Both the position numbers and the translations under genes were made by a program. Below are positions 14,334 through 26,617 of a stretch of DNA of 64,000 bases, piece by piece. Under the pieces are notes generated by a model, which was given only the letters and a program-made list of their open reading frames with translations, searched no databases and was not told the origin of the DNA. Position 1 is the stretch's first letter; each line of letters begins with the position of its first letter. The DNA lies in assembly GCA_051362555.1 (NCBI GenBank), contig CM120647.1, forward strand, positions 14,732,651 to 14,796,650, read 5' to 3'. The DNA comes from Lingula anatina. Taxonomy: Eukaryota > Animalia > Brachiopoda.

Positions 14334-16599
14334 AAAAAAAAAAAACTATGGTTGTAATTCAGTAAAATGTTGAAGTGTTTTTTGTGCGAAGAGACCGTAC
14401 TGTATTGGTATGATTTGAGATATTGGATACTTGAGGGTTGAATCAATCAATCAAATCTCGTCAACAGCAGAAAGCAAAACTTTTTTATCCACCAGTAGTG
14501 TACAAGTGCACTGTTACAGGTGTTTCTCATAGATATAACACTTGATGTTAAGACAACGTCTGTCCTTAACACGATTTGTCTAGTACCTTAAAACAATTCA
14601 AAACCTTCGAGATATCTTTAATCAAATACGATGACATTATCCAAGGTGCAAGGCTTTTCGATATACACGTTGTCCAATCGGATGTAAATTTTTGCCCATT
14701 TTATTTCCAATTCGCCAATTTGCCAATAATATGAAATTGCCAATTTTATTCCATTTTTCGGGTTTTGATAGAAATAGAACATCATTTGAAAATCATCCAC
14801 AGAAATGGTATGATCAGCCAAAGGAAAAAAAAGTTTTGTACAGTAATCTACCTGTCGACAAAAGCTTTGAAACGATGCAGGTGAAACCTAGAGCAGAAGG
14901 CTTATTTCAATAACTTTCACCAAAAGTTACAAATTACTCACTTGGAAAAGAAATCCAACGTTTTCTTGTCTTTCTTTCCTCGTTCATAAGTTAAGGAAAT
15001 ATAGATGAATCACGTCTGTACTGAAAACGCCCTGTACGTCCCAAAAACAAACAAATCCAAAAACGCTTACCCCAGGCGGCAACTTACCAGAACATGTTTG
15101 TTTTCGAAACTTAGTGTAAACTGATGATGAAAGACATGGGATCTTTGCGAACTACATTCCAATACGCTAATAGCTTACTCTTTGATAAAATAGCACGATG
15201 GTTGACATCAACCATTGGACATTTTGGGACTAAAAGCAACCAAATTGGAAGCATAAATGTAGTATATGCATGGATTTTGATTTGTATGTCGTAAATCCTT
15301 TAATTGTTATTTTCAAATCTTTCTCACACACATGTTGTTTACAAACGACCCGAATGGTAATACATGCAGGCTTCCACTTATTTCAGATTCCATACAGTAC
15401 CAAATCTGTACACTTTAGCCAATCTTAAAACCACGGGGATCCATAACGTATATTGAGAGATTCAATGGACCTTGCATACCCAGTAGTATTAGAGAAAATG
15501 ATGCGTCCAGACGCCGTGAATGGTTTGTACAGCATCTCCAGCCATGTGCTCACAGGGCAGAAACACAATGTATCCATGAACCAGCCAATTGAACTCGTCA
15601 CATGGAAGCCATTATCATTGGTGATAAGTTATACGTAGCATCAAACAAGCTAAGGGACGGCTCTAAGGGACGGTTACATAAAAGTACTTAAGACCAAAAG
15701 TTAGTTGTCCATAAATGTAGACTATTTTTTGGCTTACTAAGGTCTAATATATGACAAAACAGTGGCCTACTCTTTGATATCAGGTGCCAATAAAATAGTA
15801 TACAAAAATGATTATGATACAATAATTGTGTAACAGATTACTTTGCTGGCGACCCCTGTAGTCAGAAGGTTGCAGTACCCTATGTATATAAAATGTTGCG
15901 TATATTTCATAAAAGGAAAGAATTTACCAATACTTCAGACCAGTTGTTATTTTGTAAAAGTAGATCAGTCATTGCTGATATATGTAGACGACCAAAATTG
16001 TTGATCTTTCAGTTTCAGTCTTATTTCAGGTGTAAGTTCAGTGGCTAATGTCTAGGTTCCGAGACGAGGCCCTCCTAACGTGCGTTCATTCATTCAATAA
16101 CAGGTGCTGTTTAGAAGCGTGTTTCCAGACCCCTGATTCTTGGAGACCTGACCGCGCGCCACATGTGCCTTTGTCTTGGATAAAAACCATCTTTATGGAT
16201 AATCTCTGCGTGTATCTCAAAGGCATATTACTAAGATCATGTTTTTGAAATGTAATCCATTTACCCTACTCTAAATTGCTCTTCACGTCTTGTGTAAATG
16301 CTGCGTATGCATGTCACCACCGTCTACTTGCCCGTGGGCCGAGTGTAAAAACATGTAAATTGGAGAATTGTATTCATTCAAAGTCGTAGGTCGAGAACAC
16401 TGCTGCAGGAGACAGCTAGTAAAGGTCCACAGCTCATGCAAACAGGTTATTTGTAACGCTTGTGACGCTGACTGAAGGCAATGTAAGAGACCGCTGGCAT
16501 TAAGGGAGACAGGAGGGAGAAAGGCTTACACTTTTTAAAGATCGAAATAAAGATGAAAAATACCTAGAGGCTGTTGAGCATTCTCTTTCTTGTGAAGAC

Positions 16600-16775
16600 C
16601 ACTTTTGCGGTCTCCGAAGCTAAAGTTGAAGAAGCATGAACGAGTGTTATACCGTCTGAGAGCAGATTTTTTGTTGAGCATATCAGAAAAAGATGAAGGT
16701 ATTGACCGAAGGACTGTTTGTAAAACAAAAAGACTGCAAACAATTACCTTCTCAATATTACCCATATCAGAGAGG
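16600..16775 (-). mobile_element. Probable CR1/L2-type LINE 3' remnant
   Basis: Minus-strand peptide ...LRSIPSSFSDMLNKKSALRRYNTRS resembles the LP..F...F..N...H.YNTR tail of CR1/L2 ORF2. Confidence 0.45.
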
Positions 16776-17201
16776 AGGATGGGTGGGGTGGGGGGTGGGG
16801 GAGGGGCTCGCAACAGTTGATACCTCCAGTTTCTCTCGGATCTTTTAAACTTTTAAGTTATAAGTGATTCTATTGAACAAGTCGGGTATCATATCTACTC
16901 CAAGAGGTGTTCTCATGGAAAAACAACTCCATGGACGAGGCCAGATTTATGTACTAATCAAACTAAACACGTGCGTATAGGACACTGCGGTTTAGGGGGT
17001 GCCCAGAATATGAAAATATATATAGGGAGGAAAGTTTAATAAAAATTACTGAAATGATTTAAATTGGACGACAAAGAATAAAAAAAAATTAAAAAATAGA
17101 AGAGAATTAGGGGTATGTGACAAGTATACGTATAGCAATGAGGTGTTTTCTGTACAAAGTATGCTTGAAGTACCCCGGGTACAGTGTATATTACCTGTCC
17201 A

Positions 17202-17369
17202 GGTGAGGCAGGAATGGTAGTCATAAGAATGGAAGTCCGGGGTCCCATATGATTAGTACAGGCTAGGGTTAGTCGGAGTATATGGGGTTAGCATATAGGA
17301 CGATATCACCTGTACAAAGTAATGGGAAACGGACAACGGTTTTGAAGGGACAATCATTCCTGTCACACC
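17202..17369. repeat. Short TIR-bounded element
   Basis: ggtgaggcaggaatggt / atcattcctgtcacacc imperfect 17-bp inverted repeat. Confidence 0.5.
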
Positions 17370-17921
17370 AGTATGGCGGCACCACGATATTGGGTGTGTT
17401 AATTGAGAGCTCCATGAGACCATAACCATGTACTGTCTGGGGGGAGGGGGTATGGGATCCTAGCTAGGCTACATCTTGTACGTGATAAATCAACCCGATA
17501 AGACACTTTGTCAAAATATTTCAAATATTACTTTTTCTTTCTGTTTAATTATATATTTAAAAAACAATGCCTTTAATGCATGGCACATATTTTCAACCAG
17601 ACTGTGAAGCAGTGCTTTATAAATTCCTATTTTGTACATGAGATAATACCAGTATCTTTGAGTCCTACCGTATCTCATTATTTTCACGTGGTCTTCACAG
17701 TCAAGATGTCCGTAAACACTAGAATTAAAAACTCATTTGTCATTGCTATCTGAGCCAAGCAACGACACGAAATGTATCATGTGACTTGTTGGGACGGATT
17801 TCGCAAAACAACCATCTTTCCAAAATCGATTTCAACTTTTAGAAACAAAATAAAATCTTCTTCAAATCGAATTAGGTATATAAATCCACACTTATCTACT
17901 TTAATGAAATAAGTATTAGTC

Positions 17922-18108
17922 GAAAACAGAGATGGGGGGAGGCACCAATTGTCACACATGTGGGACAACACAATCACCAAAGCACTGGTGAGCAGTGATC
18001 GTCCCATATGACATCACACTGAAGAAGATCACGGATGTGATCGAAAGCTCTGTCAGGTATAGCTCTATTTTTAGTGTAGGAATTGAAAAGTTTAATACTT
18101 GAATCATT
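17922..18108 (+). mobile_element. Penelope-like retroelement 3' fragment (GIY-YIG C-terminus plus pseudo-LTR)
   Basis: 17925-18011 translates to NRDGGRHQLSHMWDNTITKALVSSDRPI*, resembling the NRDxG...L...WD end of PLE endonucleases. It is followed immediately by a hammerhead core. Confidence 0.7.
18014..18055 (+). ncRNA. Minimal type I hammerhead ribozyme motif
   Basis: aca-CTGAAGA-a-GATCAC ggat GTGATC-GAA-AGCT-C-tgt: catalytic boxes CUGANGA and GAAA, 6-bp stem II, palindromic AGCU stem III, short stem I (aca/tgt). Predicted cleavage after C18050. Confidence 0.68.
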
Positions 18109-19399
18109 AGTTGTAACCCTCCTGTTGAAAAAAATGCAGAGATTCACTACATTTGACTCCCACCAATTTATATTGTGGACAAAGATTCGGTCTCAAAGTT
18201 AAAACCAGGTTGCAGGCCATAGCTCTTTTATGAATCAGACCCCCGGTTAACTAAGGTTATTTAGTAAGGACATAAAGAATGACCGGGGGTCAAAAACTAA
18301 TCACGTATGCCATAAAGCCCAATCTCTAACATGGTAGTGCTGGCATGCTGTTATTTTTGAGTCAATCTGGCTTGAACATATCCCCCAAGGGATAAGGCAA
18401 AGATTTATTTTCAAAACCAGTTCATTCAAACGCGAATCATTTTTACTGGTGGTGCGTTATCTTTAACGATAATGCTGCCCTTTCATATCGACTGGATGTC
18501 ATCCGAGCAATGCATTACTGTACACTTTCTAACTAGAAAGTACAGAACGTTTAGCAAACCTGATTTACATATATATTCATTTTTCTCTGTTTTACTGTGA
18601 ACGATTTCACAAATATCTCCACACAAATATAAAAACGTCCGTTATACAATGATCAAGTTAACAAAATGCTTAGAGTAAAATACTTAAATGAGTTCTGCAC
18701 ATAAGGAGGTTGATCAGAATACAAGGTCGAATGTGTGTTTTAATGCATCGCAATGCAATGAGGCGTGCAGTGGCAATCTACATTCTGTTCAGCACATTTG
18801 AAGGGTGATAATACCTCCTCTTAAGCTGTGGTCAGATTAAAAGTTATCAATCCAGCAGGATTGATCTATTGATAACTTAATTAGCTGGGATTCTCGCTAA
18901 GGCACATTTAATGTACTCAGCTTAGTTGTCTGGCAACCCCCTCGCGAAGTAACATGAACAACATCATGGACCACAAAGTTCTTCCGAATTTATCCATGTA
19001 CGTGTCACACTTTAAACGTGTGCTGACTTATTTTCGTGTTGTAGGTCCACTCCTGCTTACTAATCTTATGTGTCCTCATCTTTATCTTTAGATTTGCTCT
19101 CTGACTCTTTACTAATTTATGAATTTCACGTTGCATTGAACACATCTCTACAATATATGTTTATTAGAACATCTTATTTAGCTTTTAATTATGAATATTT
19201 TGAAACAAGAACCTGCCTCTACATCCCTCTCTCTCTTCGTTTCTGGTAAGAACACATTGACCTGAGAACTTATTATATAGACAGACAGACAGACAGATAT
19301 AATTTTAGATCAGGACAGACAAACAGACAGATAAATTTTTATCAGGGGAGTTCCAAATGGCGTGTGCCTCAGACCAGCAGGTTGTTTAGTTGAGAGGAC

Positions 19400-19615
19400 T
19401 GGCAGCATTCAGATCCACATTGGTTGGTATGACGAACTTAATTGGAACTGGAGTAAAGAAAACAGTTTGGTCCCGGTGCTACGGATTTGTGAGAAGATCA
19501 GATGGTCTAGCTTGCAATGGCCATGCTGCAAGGCATACTTGTAGGTGGAAGAGGTAAAGGCAGACAAAAGAAGCTATGGGAAGACAATATAAAAGAAAGG
19601 ACAAATATGAGTTTC
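19400..19615 (+). mobile_element. RTE-clade LINE 3' ORF2 remnant
   Basis: Translates to RCYGFVRRSDGLA...MLQGILVGGRGKGRQKKLWEDNIKERT, matching the RTE C-terminal pattern WYGHV.R...ILQG.V.G.R.RGRQ.K.WEDNIKEWT. Confidence 0.7.
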
Positions 19616-19638
19616 AAAGTTGGAACTCCTTGATTGAA

Positions 19639-19682
<44 letters not shown>

Positions 19683-20405
19683 TAAAGACAACATGATTTT
19701 TTAACTGAAGTAGACTAAGCTTTTTGGTCTTCAAGATAAGAGGTACTCTCAGTTAACATGTTCCAAAGTAACTGGATTATCAGTTGTGTTTTGCACTCAA
19801 GTTATCATTATAGTTCCTTAATTCAAACAACAACTAAACTAGCTTAGACTCATTACCAAAACAATATTATTTCTTTGTCAAACAATATTACTCACTATAC
19901 TAAGTTTAGCTTTTTAGATGCTCTTTGAGAAAGCCTTTTCTTGTAACTCTCAACTGTACATTCTCTTTTTGAAACATCCCCTGAAAAAAATTCCCATGAG
20001 TCAGATCAAGATAAAGTGTTGAAATATTCCCTACCAGGTCGGGTCCCGGGGCGTTGATTTCACACATAATCCCTCCATCGTGTGACCTCCCTTTATTCAC
20101 CCTAACCTAATGGATAGCGCGGTCTGATTTATGAGAACGACTTCTGTCCTCACACATTAGTGCCGTCACTTGATACGTATTCCCGGCTGTACTGATAACG
20201 ACTCGGTTCAGGCTGCGCACGGTTGGATTGTCACGCAACTTTTACATCGTGTTATAAATGTGTTATAAAATGATTCACAGTGACAGTGTGGGCGGCGTGA
20301 TTTGTTAAGGCTGTAATTGCCAGACTGTCACGTAAGATATATCCGGTTGATCTAGTGTTAATTATTCATTTATTTATTTATTTATTTATTTATTTATTAT
20401 TATTA

Positions 20406-20407
<2 letters not shown>

Positions 20408-20444
<37 letters not shown>
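20408..20444. repeat. (TG)n microsatellite preceded by (ATTT)n
   Basis: Read directly from the sequence. Confidence 0.95.
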
Positions 20445-20446
<2 letters not shown>

Positions 20447-21749
20447 GGGACAAGGGAAGAGATGTTGACCCTGTATGCCACGTCCTCATCCAAACAAAAA
20501 TAAGACTCCTCAAGTAGTGCAGTGAGCACCTCTTTACCCATACACACCTTGTAGATGTTATGTGAACGTGACTATTTAAGCTAGCGTTTTTCGGTTTTAG
20601 GGGTGGTTTTCGGTGAAATTCGGGTAATTTCTCTAGTTATGTATGTATGTCAAATAATACACTGCAGGCCTCTCCCGCTATTCTGGTATGCTCTGGTCAC
20701 CACTCTAAAGCTGGAAGTGTTCTGGCAAATATTGCTTGGGTGACAGTGCATGTTATGTCATATCTCACACATAACACGCACACGCACACATGCACAAACA
20801 CACACACACGTGGATGCGCACGTATTTATAAACACATACGCACAAACACATACAGCAGCCCGATACGCTAACACGTGCAGATACAAACACACACATACAT
20901 ACAGGAACGCACAGCACACGCGTGAGTGCGTGTCACGCTCTACACTTCCCGGATTCCATTTTGCACAGAGTACAGATATGTGTGTGTGTGTGTTTAGGTC
21001 AAGGTCGGTTTTAACAATTCGCTTTGAGCCAGTAGATATGACATCAGGAAGAAAAAAATGAACTTGACATCTTCAACTCTTGCAGTAAATCGATCTGTTA
21101 CCACCTCTAACGTTATTATGAGCGTTTCTTTTGGATTTCTCTCCTGGGCATTAGTTTCTTCAGCCACGAAATTAGCTTCATTCTCGCTTGAACGGTGATA
21201 ATGTAATATTGTCTAACTGGTGGCTTAGTCAGCTATAGGATATTGTCACTCTTCGCCCAAAACGCCTTATGTACTGACTTACATACTTTCTTTTGGGTAA
21301 TAAATAAATCTTCACTGTTCAGTGACTAAGTTAATTAGCATTTGCACATATATCATCTTACTGGTGACGTGATAATTGCGATTTGGGGAAAAAACTGAAA
21401 AGTCGGTTTCTCAAATTTTTCTTTTACCTGAGCACCCACGATCAGCGTTTCAACGCCGATTTAATGACACCATTTAGTACTGCAAATCCACGCCAGCGAT
21501 TTTTCTTAAAAGTCTTAGTTCAGATTTTATCGTTGATGAAGCAAAACAATGATTTTGTTTGATGAAAATTTGTAATTAGGCTTTTATAACTCCATGACAA
21601 AATTGTTTAAACCAAAAAGACAGCACGGGATTGTAGCCTAAGCACTCCTGGTCAACTCTGCCAATTTTCCTGATATTTAATGGATTAAATCTCAGCTTCG
21701 AGGTTTAATTGCAAGGCCCCCTGCAGCGAGGGGGCGTGTGGAGGCGAGG

Positions 21750-22145
21750 AGGCCATCATAGAATAAGTCGGCGCTGCTTTGAAACTCGGTCGGCCATATT
21801 TTGTCGGCGGATCAGTTAGTCCGCGGATCATCTGTTTTGAATGGCTTCTATGGCCTCATTCACAATATGGGACTAACTAGTCCGAGGGTCAAATATGGCC
21901 GCCCACTTCCCCACGGGATATCTATTCAGTGTCTGTTAGCGGATTAGTCGGCAAGCTTTCGCAACAGCGCATTCGGAACAGTAGACTAACATATCATCGG
22001 ATTAAATATGAACGATCCACTTTAATGCTTGTTGCGTAATCCCCGCGGGGAATCTATTCAGTGTCTAATCGGAAATTAAGCTGCAAGCTTTTCACTGTGT
22101 CGCCATATTTGATCCGCGGATCTGTAAGTCGGCTGTTCTGAATAC
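21750..22145. repeat. GC-richer dispersed repeat with internal direct and inverted sub-repeats; reverse-orientation relative at ~13225-13330
   Basis: ggatcagttagtccgcggatcatctgttttgaatggc matches the reverse complement of gccattcagaatagatggtccgagtactaactgatcc. atctattcagtgtct is repeated at ~21920 and ~22052. Confidence 0.55.
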
Positions 22146-23798
22146 GCTCCTTCTCATTCTGCTGTCAACATTTAGAACAATTGCGCTCTCCGGCAATCTA
22201 GTACGATGGTGGTAAATTATTATAAACTTAATCGTCAAGTGACGATTTTTGGACCTTAACCAATTCAAGCCACGTATTTATGTCTTATTACCCGGTAAGG
22301 GACTCGTTACGTTCGGAAAATTATTTTGTAACTTGAAATGTTCCTCCGATACTTTATTCTCACGATAATCCTATAACTTAATTTGACAAGACCTTAAGAC
22401 AAATCACCGACCTCAAAACATCGCTGCAAGATTAGAAATTGCCTTTCTCTATTTCTCCCATTTATTTTTATTTTCTTGACTTAGATAAGCTTATTGATTT
22501 CGTCTCATGTCTGGTATTAGGTTCACAATACACAATATTTTCTCCTGTACTATATGATTACTAAAGAAACATTTGATGATTCAGTCTTGATAAAGACACG
22601 ATGCAATACTTAATTATGATCAAATTGAAAAGTGTGGATAAAAGATTGGCCGAGTGCCAGTGGTAATGCCGGTATCTAATCAATACAGAAAAAATATTAA
22701 AAAAGAAAAGAAAAAAAAAAAAAAAGAAAAAAGAGAGAAATTTGGCTTATCTTAGAGCTAGGAAAGGCTAACTGGTGGATAGATGGCCCGGTCACACTTC
22801 CGGTCTAATTTAATTACTCCTGCTTAAAGCGAGATGCAAGAAAAAACATACTGAATTCACTAAGTAGAATAACTCTCGGTAATCCGTTGACTTAATTGTC
22901 GTGAAGTCGGTCTTAGACAATAATGAACAACATTATTCTGTTAAGTCGATTAAGACTAGAGGCTCAGTGTTTTAGATTTTATCTTTGGGGTTTAATCTGT
23001 CAGACTGATCAAATCGATCATTACATTTTTTAAACTCGGCTGCTTTTTTCTGTTGTTATGGGAACTGAAAAAATAAAGGCCCGTTGGTTATTGTGCGCGC
23101 CGGCATCACAGGAAACCTGTTTAATGAGTTAATTTTGGCCTATAGACATGGAACTGCTGACTCACACATCTACACAGAAGGTGGCCGACAATATAATGAC
23201 CGTTTTGATTATCTGGCGGGTATGTCGTCCGTAGAGAGCAACCCGTGCTGTCTCCGGACAATACTTTCCCGCGAAAAATCTATTTTGGATAACACGTACA
23301 ATGGACAAGGCCTTGATGATAATCTGCATTACTTCCTTTTTTCAATAGTTAATCTTGCGTTGGTATCTAAGTACTTTGTGACATAGGAAATAAGCAACGC
23401 GCCGATTTAAAATGGTGTTAAGGGTAGAGGCAAAACCAATTTGTATAGGCTATCTCTGGCCGGTGGAATTAAAGCAATTCTAGCATGGAATCATTATGCA
23501 CCTGTATCCAATTTACAGAGAGGAAAGAGGATAATTTGCTTCAAGATACATGTAGGGAGAACTGATATGCGTTTGCTTCTTTAGGGACATTAAAGATAAA
23601 ATCAAACGAACCCAGTTGAATGTTCATGTACTATTGGTTGCCACGTGGTCAGCGTGCCCGGGAGGAAGCGGGTTCGACCAGTCATTTATAAACGGTACTT
23701 GCATGTTGTCTCCGTTCTTGGCTCTCAGCACTTTGGGGTTGAAGCAGGGTTCCTGGTCAGGCAGGGAACGGTATTGTAGCATTGTTAGCACTCAGCAC

Positions 23799-24042
23799 CA
23801 GATTCAGATTTAGAGGGGGGGTCCGGGGGGTCCTGACCCCCTCTTCGATTTCTGGTCCCCTCTTGAAATTAGAATTAGCTAAATCATAGTTCTAAACCGT
23901 GCCAAATGGCACCGTTCGCCCTCTAAAATAACAAATTTTTCGGGGGGGGGGGGGGGGGGGATCGGCTTCTTCAAGTTGGGGGGGGGGGAGGTCGGCTTCG
24001 CATCCGCGGATCCCCCTTCAAATAATCCTGGATCCGCCCCTG
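23799..24042. mobile_element. hAT-type MITE with 8-bp TSD
   Basis: CTCAGCAC duplicated at 23791-23798 and 24043-24050, CAG...CTG ends, G-rich interior. An opposite-orientation relative lies at 32849-33280. Confidence 0.8.
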
Positions 24043-24138
24043 CTCAGCACCTTATACGGTAGATGGGCGCCAGGAGGAGAGATCGTCATCACATCGTACT
24101 TATTATAAGGTTCACTGAACAGATTAGGAATTGAGACA

Positions 24139-24141
<3 letters not shown>

Positions 24142-24202
<61 letters not shown>
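24142..24202. repeat. (AT)n microsatellite
   Basis: Read directly from the sequence. Other (AT)n tracts are at 24956-25020, 25915-25970 and 48468-48516. Confidence 0.95.
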
Positions 24203-24203
<1 letters not shown>

Positions 24204-24755
24204 TCATGTACGTGTATGTGTGAGAGTCTAAATGTATGCTCCTGCTTCTCGACTCTCACAGACATCTTAGTCAGTCACACACTTATTAGTTCAGATATAA
24301 TCACAATTCTTACACACATATCCCCCCCTCCCTTGCAGGTTCGAACCTAGGAAATATCTAAATAAAACAGAACTATGAATCATTACAAAAGAAGGCATTA
24401 ACGATATATTCCCTTTAGAACATATCAGTCATACATGAGGCGTAACGAACGCGGGGTAGGTACTAATTACAGTATGTAATGAAGTCAATTAAGACTTAAT
24501 TGAGTATTAAGAACCTCTGACCTTTAGTCATGATGAAAAGCACGACTTCGTTCCGATAGATTATTTTTATGACTATGGATAACTCGAGTCGCAACGCAGT
24601 TTACTCCACAGGGGCAATTTGGCATCTAGTTTCATAGTTTTTAATTCTATAGCTAGACAGAGTATCTACGTCTTATCCCCGATCAAAAGGGATATAAAGT
24701 GATTTTAATATGTTTTTGTTTCGGTTCATAAGCAAACCATTATCTAGAAACGAAC

Positions 24756-24756
<1 letters not shown>

Positions 24757-24810
<54 letters not shown>
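24757..24810. repeat. (TC)n microsatellite
   Basis: Read directly from the sequence. Confidence 0.95.
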
Positions 24811-24812
<2 letters not shown>

Positions 24813-24954
24813 AAAAAGCCTTTCATATCTCAAAGAGTAGAGAAAGAATAAGAACAATACAGAGACTGAAGAACCACAGAGCAACGTTTCAGGTCGACTC
24901 AACCATCATTGTTATTGCTGAGTGGGGTTATTGTACAATGAATTTATTAACCTA

Positions 24955-25023
<69 letters not shown>

Positions 25024-25899
25024 TGAAATCGGTATCCTAGCCACGCCTAAATGAAATCCACATGCAGTGCCTGTTATTTGTTAAGGTGTAGACACTGCTT
25101 TGTCCAGCGACATGGTATTCAATTTTTTATATATATTGCGGAAAGTACACAGAATGAAAAAATGCATACCATGGCGCTTACTTTTTTAAAACACCGCTTT
25201 TTTTCACATAGATTTATTTCCGTAATCTGATGGATTGCTGGAGGTGCTTAATCATTGCCGCGGTGTTATTTCAGATTGTCGTAAAGATTGTCGTGATTTA
25301 GGCCGTACTTAATGGCATTTTAATGCTCTGCTCCCGTGCTCTCTTTGATTCAAAGATTTCTCGGGTTACGTTTCCTGCCATTACTCTCTGAACAGTCGTT
25401 TTAGTCTTTCCTAAAATAAATCAAGCGTAAAATACCGAGAGTAAGTATACATATAATAATAGCACCTTTAAAACGCAGATATCGCGCTATTGAATAGCAT
25501 TATTACTTTACATGCAATCCTCGCTGTCCAGTATCGTGTCTTTCAGTAAAAAAAAAAAATAAAAAAAAAAAACAGTGAGCCCAGGGCTGGCAATAGAGGG
25601 TCACATGGGGGGGGGGGGGGGGGAGGCCTACCCAACTACCAGACTCTGCACCGAATGATCCTGCATTCACCGGTAGATCGAACAACACTATCCGTTTTCG
25701 TTTACATGCATGAATCTCGGGAAATAAATAAAAGTGTCTTTCACGGGTAAATAATAAACCCAACGGCTACTGCACTCGCAATAGAAATAGGAAGATATGA
25801 AAAAGTAAAGAAAGACTTTATAATTAAAACCCAAAAAAACAATTTTAGATGTAGATAACATATTGGCTGCATTTATAGATCATGCATCGGAAGCTAGAT

Positions 25900-25975
<76 letters not shown>

Positions 25976-25988
25976 CTGTTATATGTAG

Positions 25989-26148
25989 TAAGAATGATGT
26001 GATTTTTCTTCAGTCAACAGCTAATATTGAGATAGTTTGTTACCTCCAATATTTCGATGACTATCAGGACATCTCCCTTTCCTAAGACATCTCCCTTTCC
26101 CTATCCCAATATTAGCTGTTGACTGAAGAAAAAATCACATCATTCTTA
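25989..26148. repeat. ~47-bp inverted repeat (MITE-like hairpin)
   Basis: taagaatgatgtgatttttcttcagtcaacagctaatattgagatag / ctatcccaatattagctgttgactgaagaaaaaatcacatcattctta. The loop contains a direct repeat gacatctccctttcc. Confidence 0.85.
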
Positions 26149-26582
26149 TAACTTAACACAGCTGATGAAATTCCTCTCTCTTATATGCGGTGATTGTAAC
26201 TGATTGTTTAATATTTAAAAGCCGTTTGAATACATAAACTTTGAAGTTCTAAATGTAATGATCCTTGACACGACGGATAGAAGTATAGGTTTCGCTATAA
26301 TTATGGCATTTGAACTTTAATTCTGGAATATCTTTCTTGGAATAAACCAATCCTGAGTAATCAGTGAAGCAGTGACCTGTGACATGGTGCAATCATATAT
26401 CTTCGTGCAAACTGATACACGCAAAATGGGTTTTCTGTCCTACCAAATTCCTGTTAGCCTTTTAATATTTTCTATTTGCTTCGGTGATCTTGTTTGGAAA
26501 GCGATTTTGATCTGGTGATTATGAAAAGTACTGAACCGTTGAAACATGGGTCGCCCTACATGGGAACGTTAAGTGTTGATTC

Positions 26583-26617
<35 letters not shown>

